Shown here piece by piece: positions 37,101-46,940 of a stretch of 64,000 bases of DNA; position 1 is the stretch's first letter; each line of letters begins with the position of its first letter. Position numbers and translations under genes: made by a program. The notes under the pieces are model-generated. The model ran no database searches. It was not told the DNA's origin and was given only the letters and a program-made list of their open reading frames with translations. The stretch lies in contig NIVC01003885.1 in NCBI GenBank assembly GCA_002269645.1, positions 1 through 64,000 of the forward strand, written 5' to 3'. The stretch comes from Macrostomum lignano. Taxonomy: Eukaryota.

Positions 37101-38082
37101 CAGCACCAAGGGGCGCCAGCACCAAGGTGCGCCAGCACCAAGGGGCGCCAGCACCAAGGGGCGCAAGCACCAAGGGGCGCCAGCACCAAGGGGCGCCAGC
37201 ACCAAGGTGCGCCAGCACCAAGGGGCGCCAGCACCAAGGGGCGCCAGCACCAAGGGGCGCCAGCACCAAGGGGCGCCAGCACCAAGGGGCACCAGCATCA
37301 AGTGTACAGCGGCCCTGACTTTCTCATAGTCCGAGTCTGACAATTTACGCCCACTCTCTGACTTGGAATTTGACCCTCAGGGGGGCGTGTGAATACAGGC
37401 CGTACGACGAACCCCCAGGTCAATTTTCGTGCACGAATTTTCATCTCAACTACTCGCACACCCTACTCAGTCATCTCAATTTTGAATTAAACACTCCCCA
37501 ACCCACCGGAAGTGCGGCTGTAGCCGCGCACAAAGGTGCCAGGTCGGGTGCCGATTTTTCTGGCATCAACTGGCCTGAGCAGCAGCTTGCAGAGCTTGTA
37601 CTCGCGGTAGAGCTCCGTTCTGGAATTAACCAATTGTAAAAATTAGTTTTGAGCTACAGGGGAATTATGCGATGTTACTCGATCGATTAAAGTACATGCA
37701 TATTGAGTAAGGCTCACTTGGTGAACAGTGGCAGTCGCTCATTCTGCGCCCAGGTCATGATTGTCTCCCTCTCATCGTCGGTGGCGCCGTACAGCGGCTC
37801 GGAGGAGTTGCTCCACTCGACCAGCGAGTCGTCAGCGGTGTCGACAATGCGAAACGTGCCCGTCAGTCGGTGATATTGAAGCACCTGGGGAAATGCCTGC
37901 ATTGTGGTGGGGAGAGACATCTTTGTAATAAAAGCAAGATCTGCAAACTCTGGAATAGAGTTGAATCAGTTCGACTAGAGTTCAACTCACGGGTAAGCTC
38001 AGAAAGGCGTTAAAGTAGTCCAGAAACATGTCATCATAGATGAGCATGTCCTCTAGATTTTCTAGGGCTTGTCGCCCACTCT
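11375..38082 (-). CDS. RGS22: RGS22-like multi-RGS-domain protein gene (~21 exons; ~1330 aa, or ~1750 aa with the cassette exon); true 5' end not identified
   Basis: All listed exons join with GT-AG sites and consistent phases. The N-terminus [30 protein letters not shown]...[31 protein letters not shown] resembles the RGS22 N-terminal region; four further RGS-like segments follow. Confidence 0.75.
11698..11887. mobile_element. MITE family rich in ACGTCG motifs (related copies ~12472-12609 and ~15650-15890)
   Basis: Imperfect terminal inverted repeats such as acccgaacagcaatgcgaca / cgtcggattgctgctggggt; shared gccgacgtcggatt subterminal motif. Confidence 0.45.
13720..13794 (-). CDS. RGS22-like alternative (proximal) terminal exon
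   Basis: ttttattcctag acceptor, phase 0, [24 protein letters not shown]; GC-rich island in an AT-rich intron. Confidence 0.5.
   Translation of the reverse strand, partial: EFAAREAGAEAATEVRAKTQPKLQ
15370..15524 (-). CDS. RGS22-like exon
   Basis: ttttccag / GTGAGT; (V)[16 protein letters not shown]...SLMDGIKWK; phase 1 to 0. Confidence 0.85.
16668..16857 (-). CDS. RGS22-like exon (C-terminal RGS domain, end)
   Basis: [18 protein letters not shown]...[22 protein letters not shown]; donor GTGAGT. Confidence 0.85.
17015..17352 (-). mobile_element. tRNA-derived CORE-SINE with (CAA)n-rich tail
   Basis: Minus strand: A box GTAGCCTAGCGG, B box GGTTCGATTCC, then tgtgtccttgagcaagacacttaac...ctgtaaaatggg resembling the MIR CORE; degenerate CAA tail. 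Confidence 0.8.
17489..17587 (-). CDS. RGS22-like exon
   Basis: [33 protein letters not shown]; phase 0-0; GTGAGG donor. Confidence 0.85.
17786..17977 (-). CDS. RGS22-like exon (C-terminal RGS domain, start)
   Basis: [25 protein letters not shown]...[15 protein letters not shown]; GTAAG donor. Confidence 0.85.
19545..20050. repeat. ~63-bp minisatellite with an internal (GGGGTTGGGGTTGA)n G-rich expansion (~19690-20030)
   Basis: Direct reading; flanking units contain gactcgctagccaatcag. Confidence 0.9.
20485..20610 (-). CDS. RGS22-like exon (probable)
   Basis: [42 protein letters not shown]; phase 0-0; weak donor. Confidence 0.55.
20908..21508. repeat. (TCTG)n microsatellite, ~600 bp
   Basis: Direct reading; source of the spurious SVCL ORFs. 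Confidence 0.95.
21718..21831 (-). CDS. RGS22-like exon
   Basis: ctttccag acceptor; [38 protein letters not shown]. Confidence 0.75.
22151..22168 (-). CDS. RGS22-like 18-nt microexon (VASKKG)
   Basis: catttccag / GTTGCTTCTAAGAAAGGA / GTAAGT; phase 0-0. Confidence 0.55.
22322..22646 (-). CDS. RGS22-like exon (RGS domain)
   Basis: [30 protein letters not shown]...[19 protein letters not shown]...LLFSNFWQ; GTGAGT donor. Confidence 0.85.
23162..23253 (-). CDS. RGS22-like exon
   Basis: [31 protein letters not shown]; phase 0 to 2; GTGAGT donor. Confidence 0.8.
23898..25148 (-). CDS. Large Ser/Pro/Glu-rich symmetric exon of the RGS22-like gene (cassette, or terminal at stop 23862)
   Basis: ctaacttacag acceptor in frame with the 413-aa ORF; candidate GTAAAA donor gives 1251 nt, phase 0-0. 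Confidence 0.65.
28373..28550 (-). CDS. RGS22-like exon (charged coiled coil)
   Basis: [59 protein letters not shown]; GTGAGC donor. Confidence 0.85.
28750..29270. repeat. Polypyrimidine (CT/CCCT) low-complexity tract
   Basis: Direct reading. Confidence 0.9.
29955..30240. repeat. Minisatellite, 44-bp unit, ~7 copies, each with CCAAT
   Basis: taggcctcagccaat.agaagacaccgctgtattgtctata repeated. Confidence 0.9.
30396..30590 (-). CDS. RGS22-like exon
   Basis: [27 protein letters not shown]...DNQSLK; phase 2-2 fits both neighbours. Confidence 0.7.
31638..31745 (-). CDS. RGS22-like exon
   Basis: [35 protein letters not shown]; phase 2-2; GTGAG donor. Confidence 0.75.
31915..32216 (+). mobile_element. 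hAT-like MITE with CT-rich core
   Basis: 5' part matches 545-600; 3' end cggcccttgaggtaaaaaactttgccgacccc is a CAGGGGTCGGCAAA-type TIR. Confidence 0.6.
32246..32403. repeat. 16-bp tandem repeat TACAGAATCTACACAT, ~10 copies
   Basis: Direct reading. Confidence 0.95.
32421..32692 (-). CDS. RGS22-like exon (RGS domain)
   Basis: [40 protein letters not shown]...[24 protein letters not shown]. Confidence 0.85.
32830..33070. repeat. 21-bp tandem repeat AACAGGTAACACTCCGTATCC, ~10 copies
   Basis: Direct reading. Confidence 0.95.
33248..33668 (-). CDS. RGS22-like exon
   Basis: [14 protein letters not shown]...[26 protein letters not shown]; phase 2 to 0. Confidence 0.85.
33775..34630. repeat. 20-bp tandem repeat TGTCTAAGGCACTAAACTCC, ~40 copies
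   Basis: Direct reading. Confidence 0.95.
34713..35281 (-). CDS. RGS22-like exon (RGS domain)
   Basis: [35 protein letters not shown]...[18 protein letters not shown]; GTAGGT donor. Confidence 0.85.
35309..35428 (-). mobile_element. Truncated copy of the CORE-SINE at 17015-17352
   Basis: Matches 17155-17277 (caaggactggggg...ccattttacag...ctcaaggacacaaattgtt). Confidence 0.8.
36040..36262 (-). mobile_element. Second tRNA-derived SINE family, copy A
   Basis: Minus strand starts ggggtcgtagccctgtggtttagcgcctcgctttggtgtg (tRNA-like head); body matches 41363-41448 plus 42042-42180 and 56985-57120. Confidence 0.6.
36316..36749 (-). CDS. RGS22-like exon (acidic low-complexity linker)
   Basis: [29 protein letters not shown]...SAPHNYQ; phase 1 to 0. 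Confidence 0.8.
36920..37295. repeat. 16-bp tandem repeat GGGCGCCAGCACCAAG, ~22 copies
   Basis: Direct reading; source of the spurious [16 protein letters not shown] ORFs. Confidence 0.95.
37507..37619 (-). CDS. RGS22-like exon
   Basis: [23 protein letters not shown]...SRTS; phase 2 to 1 links both neighbours. Confidence 0.85.
37718..37896 (-). CDS. RGS22-like exon (N-terminal domain)
   Basis: [19 protein letters not shown]...[19 protein letters not shown]. Confidence 0.85.
37991..38082 (-). CDS. RGS22-like 5'-most detected coding exon
   Basis: [26 protein letters not shown] followed by a GTGAGT donor. Confidence 0.85.
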
Positions 38083-39551
38083 CTGGAATGTGCGATCGAC
38101 ATCAATAAGTTCCAATAAGCCTATTTGGGTTCGTATTAGCTTGAAATTCATTTTTTTAAAGTTGAATTTTTACCTTTTCGATCCATTGCTGCCTGACCGG
38201 ATTGAAACTACACCATCAAAAGTATTGCTGCTGAAATTAAGATGAACTTAATTTAAGCTTGTGTTTGTTGAAACTGAATGCATGAGATTGTTGCAAGCAT
38301 GAGTATATTTCAAAGTACAAATGTTCCAATAATATTATTAGTCAAACAATCGGGTCTGCTTGAATTTCCTAAATGAAAGTCTTGAATTAAACTTCAAAGC
38401 TATAAGAAAAAAGTGAAGTCCGAATCGATGTATTTTGTGCTAAAATGATAAGTTTTTATAGCCCATTAGTAGCTGAGTAAAAAAGCCGAGATCGTTATTT
38501 TATTTCTTTGTTTTATGCCTAGAACGACAAAGAAGCTGAAATAAAAATTAAAATTTAATCTAACGCAAATATTCATAACAGATGGACTTAAAACTTGACA
38601 ATTTAAATTTAAATTTCGAAAGTATCACAAAATATTATTTGCATGGCAGTAACTGTCTTTTAATAAGATAATAAAAAAATGGTTGGAAAAATTGATCAAA
38701 AATAAATCATGGCAATAAATAAATGATCCCTACAGCCTTAGGTTTATAGACGCATTTGCAACTAATGTCATCGTGCTGTCAGTGCAGTACTACTTAGCAG
38801 CACACATATATATATTAACATTTTGTAGACGCGTAAATCCCTATAAAATCGAAAGTATTCCTTAAATTCTTACTTTTTACCTTTACCTCTAAATCTATAG
38901 CGTTAATAAAATGTAAAAAATCTGGTGTCGGGTGATTGCAGATAAAAACGATTTGATCACAAGTTAAAATTGCTACTGTATAGTTAGTTATGACAATTCT
39001 AAATAGATTTAATTAGTTTGCACAATTTAAGTTTAGCTTTTATTATAGAGCAGCTTAAAAGCGTGCACAACAAATTTTACTATATCTAGATATTTTTAAT
39101 GGAAATCTTTGTTTTAGTGCACGTAGCTTAAGCACAAATTTCAAGTTGATTTTTTCAGTGCGCGAAATTTTTGTAAATATGAACTTACTCTGCTTCCGTT
39201 TTAGTTATCCGTAGCCGTAGGCCTACTATAATCTCTACTACTGTCTTATCCGTCATATCTTTAAAATTTCTGTCAAGTGTTTTTTCGATTCCTTTTAAAA
39301 ATATGCTGATTTAATCCCTACCAATAGAAGCTACAATTATAGATAGAAGCTAGGCCTACAGCTAAAGGGTACAGCTGACTGCTGAGCTACTGAGCTACTG
39401 AGGCGAGCCACTAAGCGGCTGAACCAGAGTGCAAGGCCCATCAGAAACCCATATACACGAAGCATTTGATATGCATGTCAAAATTATTAAGTATAACTTC
39501 GGTTTACTGCGCTAAATTATTATCCTGATTTTTTATTAAACTTTCTAAAAA

Positions 39552-40001
39552 GGCAGTTGTTATTTGTCTGGTGACCGGACGAATAGCCTTTTTGCTATTT
39601 GTCCGGTTAAATTGCTAACACATATCTTATTTGTTTCGTGATGAATATTCTAGATTTTTAAGACCTTTTCTCATATACTGATTAATATTTTCTTATATTA
39701 CTTGAGTGTAAGCAAAGCAGTGTATAATTCGGCATAATTTGGTGTAGGCCCTATAAGACACACACTAGTATAACAATATAATAATCAAGACATGAGTAAG
39801 AAGTCTTTGAAGTCTAGTAATATTTACCCTTGTGGTTTTTATAAACTAGATATTTTAGCATTATCAATTTAACCGGACAAATAACAAAATGTCTATTTGT
39901 CCAGTATTAACCAGATGAATAGGAAAGCATGGTCAGGGTCCAGTAACTGGACAAATAACCACATCGTTATTCGTCCAGTCACCGGACAAATAACAACTGC
40001 C
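39552..40001. mobile_element. Non-autonomous Mutator-like (MULE) element
   Basis: Long TIRs GGCAGTTGTTATTTGTC.GGTGAC.GGACGAATA; 9-bp TSD TTCTAAAAA on both sides. Confidence 0.8.
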
Positions 40002-40465
40002 TTCTAAAAATGTAAAACTAACAAGTAAGTCACAGACATTAGGTTCTGGCCAAAGTCGTCATATTCGAGATTGTCATCTGCAGCTTACGAGAAAAACAAC
40101 TAAATTATCTAACTCGTCATTATCTCAGTATTGGACAATGCTGCATTCACTAAATTGTCATATTGTGTTGCATTGGCAATGCTGCAACTAAATCTATATT
40201 GGCTGCATCTTAGCTCATGGCAGCAGCGTGTTCTTGTTTGCCAACAAATTAAAACAATTTACAGTGTATAACTTAAGGCTTAATCAAACTACCATCAAAT
40301 GAGCCATCAAAATCTGTCAAATACAAAGGAATCAAAAAGAATATGAAATTTGCTTTTAACTTGGAACTAATTTTATTGCATCATCGCACCTAGCCTACTA
40401 AATGTCAGCTATACAATGTAGTTCATTTTTATCTTTGTGTTTTTACTTAATTGGCCGATAATTGA

Positions 40466-40830
40466 TAGAGGTCGGACGGGATCCCGAGGAAAATTGAATT
40501 CCCGCGGGACCAGAATCCTGACCCTAAAAAACTCGAGATTTGGGAACAGGTCTTTTGATTAATAATTTGTAGAATTAGTGATTACTTGAAAGTATTTTGC
40601 TTTAACTTGTACTTGTTACATTATTTACTTTGTTGGTTACAAAACTTCATATCAATTTCGTTGTGTTTTACTTCTTGATCTTTGCAATCTTTTCTCAATT
40701 TTGTTTAACTTTACATGGACAATACACTAAAAGACCTGATCCCGATTCCCGAATCCCGATCCCGATCCCGAGAAAAAAATTATTCCTGATCCCGATCCCG
40801 CCCGAAGATTTCAATCCTGTCCAACCTCTA
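40466..40830. mobile_element. hAT-like MITE (TAGAGG...CCTCTA termini, ATCCCG subterminal repeats)
   Basis: Imperfect TIRs tagaggtcggacggga / tcctgtccaacctcta; no clear TSD. Confidence 0.55.
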
Positions 40831-41362
40831 CTATTCATAATATATCACTTATTAATTTTTAGAAAACATTGAATTCAAAAGTTTATGTCTTTATTTTATC
40901 TTTATGCTTAACAAAGCTGCATTGGTATAATAATAATATAGGCCTTTAAAAACTTATTTTAAAGTTATTAAATATAATAACATAATCCAAAATAAAAGTC
41001 ACTTTATAATTAGTATGAAAAAACAAAGCCTATCTTCTATTTAATTGCTAATGTTATATAGAGAAACTCCAATAAGATTTAAATACTAGTTTTTTATTTT
41101 TTCATTTGATCAAATTTTCATTTTCTCATATTTTCTTATTTGATCAATCTTAGTTAAAACTTTTTGTACTTTATTTAAATTTTAAATATTCTTTTAATGC
41201 ATTTTTGTCAGTTAGCTGGCACTAATAATTGTTGTTTAAAAACTTGTTTTTAGAGGGCCTAGTGGTTTTGACAAAACCTTTTATTTAATTATTTTTTCCA
41301 ATGGCAAATGTGTCTTTTTAGCTTTTTTAACCTTTATCCAAAAGCCAAAAAAGGGGCTGTAT

Positions 41363-42200
41363 CCTAGTAGTAGCGTAGTTGCTCTGGTTGCTATGCTAGC
41401 AACCTAGGCTTGATTCCAAGTGCAGTCACATTAATTTGGGGCTGAATTGCCACACTTAGGAAGGTGTCACATGTGCGCGGGAACATATTTCAGCATATTT
41501 TTAGAGTGTGCGCTGTGTGCGAAGCTAAAATATGAATTTGTGCGCCAAGGTATACATTCATTTATTGACAAATACATAGCTAACTAATGTGCCGTAGCAC
41601 TAAAAACTCGGTAAAAGTCCAATTAAAACAAAACTAAAAAACGGATAAATTTTCGTACCTCATGTAGGCTTTTTTTAACTGAAAACTTTTGCTTTTTTTA
41701 GCTCACCTAGAAAATTCTCAAAAGAAATAGCTTTAACTTTATGTTAAAATCCCATTTTGAATTTTATTATTCGTTTCATTTACCAAGAAACAACAATTTT
41801 TTATTGATATGCTTTGAAAAAACGTAATCTTAAAGCACATTTTACGCACTGCATATGCAGATTATACATTTAGGTGACTCATTGTGAGCTAAATTTTTCT
41901 GATCAGGTTTTGCTATGCGCCACTGTGCGCTAAAAACTTCTGCTAAGCCTTTGTTGTGCGCCGTGTGCGCCACTTTGCGCATATTTTTCATTGATGTGTG
42001 CCAGAATTTTCCGCCATAATGTATACCTTCCTGAGTGTGGCTGAATTGGAATCTTGGCTTGGCTCTGCTCGTGTAATTAACAGCCTTGAGAGCCAACCCC
42101 CAAGGCGCAATGAAGTGTACATGCCTAAAAATAAAAAAAAGTTAGGGCCGCTATACACTTGTGTGAATGTGTGCCTATGTACATATCCACATACTTGTAT
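41363..42200 (+). mobile_element. Second SINE family, copy B, interrupted by a MITE
   Basis: The two flanks of the 41449-42041 insertion rejoin to match the reverse complement of 36040-36262. Confidence 0.65.
41449..42041. mobile_element. MITE with GCCACACT(C/T)AGGAAGGT TIRs and 6-bp TSD TGAATT
   Basis: TIRs and TSD read directly. Confidence 0.8.
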
Positions 42201-42951
42201 ATCTGCTTAGGGGAGTCGGTAGAATAAGCAGTAATGCCTCTCACTAGTTGTGTGCCATTGTCATTTAAAATGCGCCAGGGTGCACACAACCCCCTGCCTC
42301 TAATAAAAAAGCCAAGAATCTAAGAAAGCCAATATAGCCAAAGCCTAATAATGCCTAAAAAATCAATCTTAGACCTAAAATATAAAAAAGATTTTTATCT
42401 TTGTGTTAAATACATATTTAACATATTAAAAGTTGTTTTCTAATTAGGGCAATATAATAGACTTAAACTAGGCCTAATATTACTAACCAAATAAATATTA
42501 TAAAACAAAAGATAGAAATCTAAATTTAATAGTTATCTAATGAATCAAATTAGATTAATTATTTTTAGACAAGCCTAGTATATTAAGTTTACAAATCAAA
42601 TGTATAGTTATTTTAGTTTTTTAATAGGTTTTAGAATTAAACAAAAAGGTAATGCAATTGAAAATGAGACAAATAGTGTTATTATAATTAAAAGTTTATT
42701 AAAATAGAATAAACAGTATTATTTATACTAGATTTATAATTTTACAAAGACAAAAGCATCTTTTGAATATGTCCAACAAACTCTTAGTACAATAAACCTA
42801 AGTAAACTCTTACTAAGAGTTTGTTGGACACTTACTCTTCCTTGCTAATGCAAACTCTTGGTATAGTAAATGAAAAAAAAATATAAGCATATTGTAACTC
42901 ATCTAAATAGATAATAAATAAATAATTTAATAGTTTTTATGTACTGGAGCC

Positions 42952-43128
42952 CAGGGGCAAACCCAGGATTTTATTGAGGGGGGCAAGCCTCACGTCTGGT
43001 CAGGCCAGAGCTGCAATTAGGGTACCATGATACCAATACAGCATGATACCAATATATCTGAGGATTTTTTTGGCTGAGCTAAGGGGGGCCATGGCCCTTT
43101 TGGCCCCCCCCCCCTTGGTCCACCCCTG
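42952..43128. mobile_element. hAT-like MITE
   Basis: CAGGGG...CCCCTG termini; 8-bp TSD ctggagcc/ctagagcc with one mismatch. Confidence 0.7.
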
Positions 43129-43706
43129 CTAGAGCCTATCATACAGAGCTTTAGAAGATATCCTTTAGTTTACCCATTATACCATGAATATATTTTTTAT
43201 TATAGTCTATCATATTATATTTAGCTTTAGTTTTGACATTTTAAATTTTAACAATAATTGCAAAATTGGCACCCTGTTTTTTGCAAGTGAGATTTTACTT
43301 CAATTCAATTTTAATTTTATATTCAAGTTTAGTTATATAGAGATTTTTATAATGCAAATCTTTTTTGAAATACCAATATTTTTTAAAGAAATCCTGAAAA
43401 TGCTTTTGACTTTAAATCAAGATAGAGAAAGGTCACAAGACTGATTAATAATAAAAATTAGAGCTATTATTTCAAGTATAGGAGAGGTAGATACAAAGAT
43501 ATTCTATTTTATTTTATAACATTTTGGCTGATGTATCTCTACATATAAAAATCAAAACTTTTTATATAAAAATGTACAGCTCTTGCTTAAAATGCTAAAA
43601 AGAATGCAATAAATATAAAGGCATATAGATATGCTATAAATGGAACTTTGAAAAGGAAATAAAACTGTGCTTAGAGAATGCTCAACACTCGCCAATCTTT
43701 GATGCA

Positions 43707-44572
43707 ATGAACTTGCGGCCAGTGTGCCCCAATGGCCAGTACTTACCGCCGCAGTTTTATGCCGCCTCGGCGGCTGCAGCCGCAGCAGCTGGCGCCCCAT
43801 TGCCCCTAGCAACAGTTGCTAGCAGCATCCCTGGCGGTCTAGTTGCCATGCCAACAGTGACAAGCGCTGCTGGTCTGCAGTATGTCATGCTGCCTCAGCA
43901 GCAGCAGCAACTGCAACATCAGCAGCAACAACAGCTGATGCTTCAGCAAGCTCAGGCTGCGGCCGCTGCTGCCTCGCTGTACAACCCAGCTGGAGGACAC
44001 GGGATGCTGACTAATCCCCTTCATCAGCTGATGCTAGCCCAGGCCCAGCAGCAGCAGCAGCAACAGCAACAGCAGCAACAGTTTCTGCTAGCCCAGAACT
44101 ACTATGCGCAGCAGCTGGCTGCCGCAGCGGCAATCTCTCAGGCCCAGCAGCAGCAGCAACAGCAGCAGGCACTGCAGTTACAGCAGTTTCACCAGCTTCA
44201 GCAGCACCTGCAGGCGCAGCATCTGCTTCATCAGCATCATCTGCAGCAGCAGCAGCTGCATCAGCAGCGCAATCATCATTCGTCATCGTCAATGAAAGGC
44301 TACAGCGGAGGTCCTGGCACGCCCGGCCATGCGTCAGCCGTGTCCAGCGCAGTCACGACTCCCCGACCGCAGTCCTCCATTGACGTGGCCGGAGCTGCGG
44401 CCGCCACCGCTGCTGCTGCTTCTGCTGCGGCTTCGACTTCAACAGCAGCTGAGTTGCCGAGCTCCATCTCTGATGAGGACGGCTTAAAGTCCTCGCCGGA
44501 GCAGCAGCAGCAACAGCAGTCTACGAGATGGCAGCGGCTTGTAGATGACAATGGATGCGTTTCGTATCGCAG
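43707..44572 (+). CDS. MBD5: MBD5/MBD6-like protein, exon 1 (polyQ/polyA region + first part of the MBD)
   Basis: 288 codons rich in Q/A/H ending RWQRLVDDNGCVSYR; phase-2 donor AG/GTAATT. Confidence 0.75.
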
Positions 44573-45244
44573 GTAATTTATTAAATCATTTCTGTTATGC
44601 CTGCATATTCTATATATAATACAGAGCCTCTATTATTGAATTGGACTGTAAATCTGTCTATTTCTTTTGTATATCCTTATCTCCGTTTATATTCATACTC
44701 CATAGAGACTAACTTATATACATTTTTTGGATAAATAATATCGTCTGTCTTTGTTTATCGGCTTGTTATTGCGTAAGTTCTTTTCTTTGGATGAACCAAC
44801 TTGTAATTGTGTTGTTTATCTGTGCTTAGAGTAATAACATATGAGACAGGTTATTATTATAAGTTATCTTCAAGTTGGCGCTAAAATTGATCTTGAATTT
44901 GGCGCTAAAATCAGTCTTCTTTTGCGCTTAAGTCTATGTTCGTTTGGCGCTAAAGTTAATATTCAATTTGGCGCTTAAATTAATAATCTTTTGTTAGTAT
45001 ATAAGACATATTTTCTTGACTTATCTAAATTCAAATTTCGGTCGAATCAATTTAGGATTTTTTTAAGTTGCTTTTTTCACTTTTGTAGTCGCTACCGTCT
45101 ACTGTTATGAGTAGGGCGGATAGCGCAGTGTTAGTTTTACTTTCAGGCATTTTAGGTTCACTCTCAGTCTCCACACTCAAGGCTTTGGAATGGTAATGTT
45201 ATAATTCTTCTTTCATTTCCTGCAGCTCTTATAATTGGCGCATT

Positions 45245-46940
45245 GGGGATCTGGGTGTATTGGGGATCTGGGTGTATTAAGGATCTGGGTGTATTGAGAA
45301 TCTGGGTGTATTGGGGATCTGAGTGCATTGAGGATCTGGGTGTATTAAGGATCTGGTGTATTGAGAATCTGGGTGTATTGGGGATCTGAGTGCATTGAGG
45401 ATCTGGGTGTATTGGGGATCTGGGTGTATTGAGAATCTGGGTGTATTGAGAATCTGGGTGTATTGGGGATCTGAGTGCATTGAGGATCTGGGTGTATTAA
45501 GGATCTGGTGTATTGAGGATCTGGGTGTATTAAGGATCTGGTGTATTGAGAATCTGGGTGTATTGGGGATCTGGGTGTATTGAGGATCTGGGTGTATTAA
45601 GGATCTGGTGTATTGAGAATCTGGGTGTATTGGGGATCTGAGTGCATTGAGGATCTGGGTGTATTAAGGATCTGGTGTATTGAGAATCTGGGTGTATTGG
45701 GGATCTGAGTGCATTGAGGATCTGGGTGTATTAAGGATCTGGTGTATTGAGGATCTGGGTGTATTAAGGATCTGGTGTATTGAGAATCTGGGTGTATTGG
45801 GGATCTGGGTGTATTGAGGATCTGGGTGTATTAAGGATCTGGTGTATTGAGAATCTGGGTGTATTGGGGATCTGAGTGCATTGAGGATCTGGGTGTATTA
45901 AGGATCTGGTGCATACATGCGCAACAGTCGGCCGAGTCGGCCGATCCGGCCGACTGATTTGGCAGCCAACCAAGGAAGTCGCAAAAATGCCCATCCAAAA
46001 AATACCCACGCAGTAGTACTAAGTAGCTGACGAGGCATTTTTGCCTGATAAGACAGTCATAGTTACTCCCGCCGTTTACCCAAAGTTGCGTTAATTTTGC
46101 TTTAGGGTTTTTTTACATGTAAGTCGCATTTTTGGCCAAAAACTACGTCGCATTTTTGTTAAAACTAAGTCGCACGGCCGACCGAATTTTGGACGTTGCG
46201 CATGTATGATCTGGTGTATTGAGAATCTGGGTGTATTGGGGATCTGAGTGCATTGAGGATCTGGGTGTATTAAGGATCTGGTGTATTGAGAATCTGGGTG
46301 TATTGGGGATCTGAGTGCATTGAGGATCTGGGTGTATTGGGGATCTGGGTGTATTGAGAATCTGGGTGTATTGAGAATCTGGGTGCATTGAGAATCTGGG
46401 TGTATTGAGAATCTGGGTGTATTGGGGATCTGAGTGCATTGAGGATCTGGGTGTATTAAGGATCTGGTGTATTGAGAATCTGGGTGTATTAAGGATCTGG
46501 TGTATTGAGAATCTGGTGTATTGGGGATCTGAGTGCATTGGGGATCTGGGTGTATTGAGAATCTGGGTGTATTGAGAATCTGGGTGTATTGAGAATCTGG
46601 GTGCATTGAGAATCTGGGTGTATTGAGAATCTGGGTGTATTGGGGATCTGAGTGCATTGAGGATCTGGGTGTATTGGGGATCTGGGTGTATTGAGAATCT
46701 GGGTGTATTGAGAATCTGGGTGCATTGAGAATCTGGGTGTATTGAGAATCTGGGTGTATTGGGGATCTGGGTGTATTGAGAATCTGGGTGTATTGGGGAT
46801 CTGAGTGCATTGAGGATCTGGGTGTATTAAGGATCTGGTGTATTGAGAATCTGGGTGTATTAAGGATCTGGTGTATTGAGAATCTGGTGTATTGGGGATC
46901 TGAGTGCATTGGGGATCTGGGTGCATTGAGGATCTGGGAT
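45245..46940. repeat. 16-17-bp satellite GGATCTGGGTGTATTGA with ~67-bp higher-order repeat, split into two blocks by a MITE
   Basis: Direct reading. Confidence 0.95.
45912..46208. mobile_element. hAT-type MITE, 297 bp
   Basis: Perfect 14-bp TIR CATACATGCGCAAC; perfect 8-bp TSD ATCTGGTG. Confidence 0.9.

Noticed and set aside
43839-44551. Antisense and alternate-frame ORFs over the polyQ exon; similar ORFs over the EPC and RGS exons
   Set aside because: They are by-products of GC-rich, low-complexity coding sequence on the opposite strand or frame.
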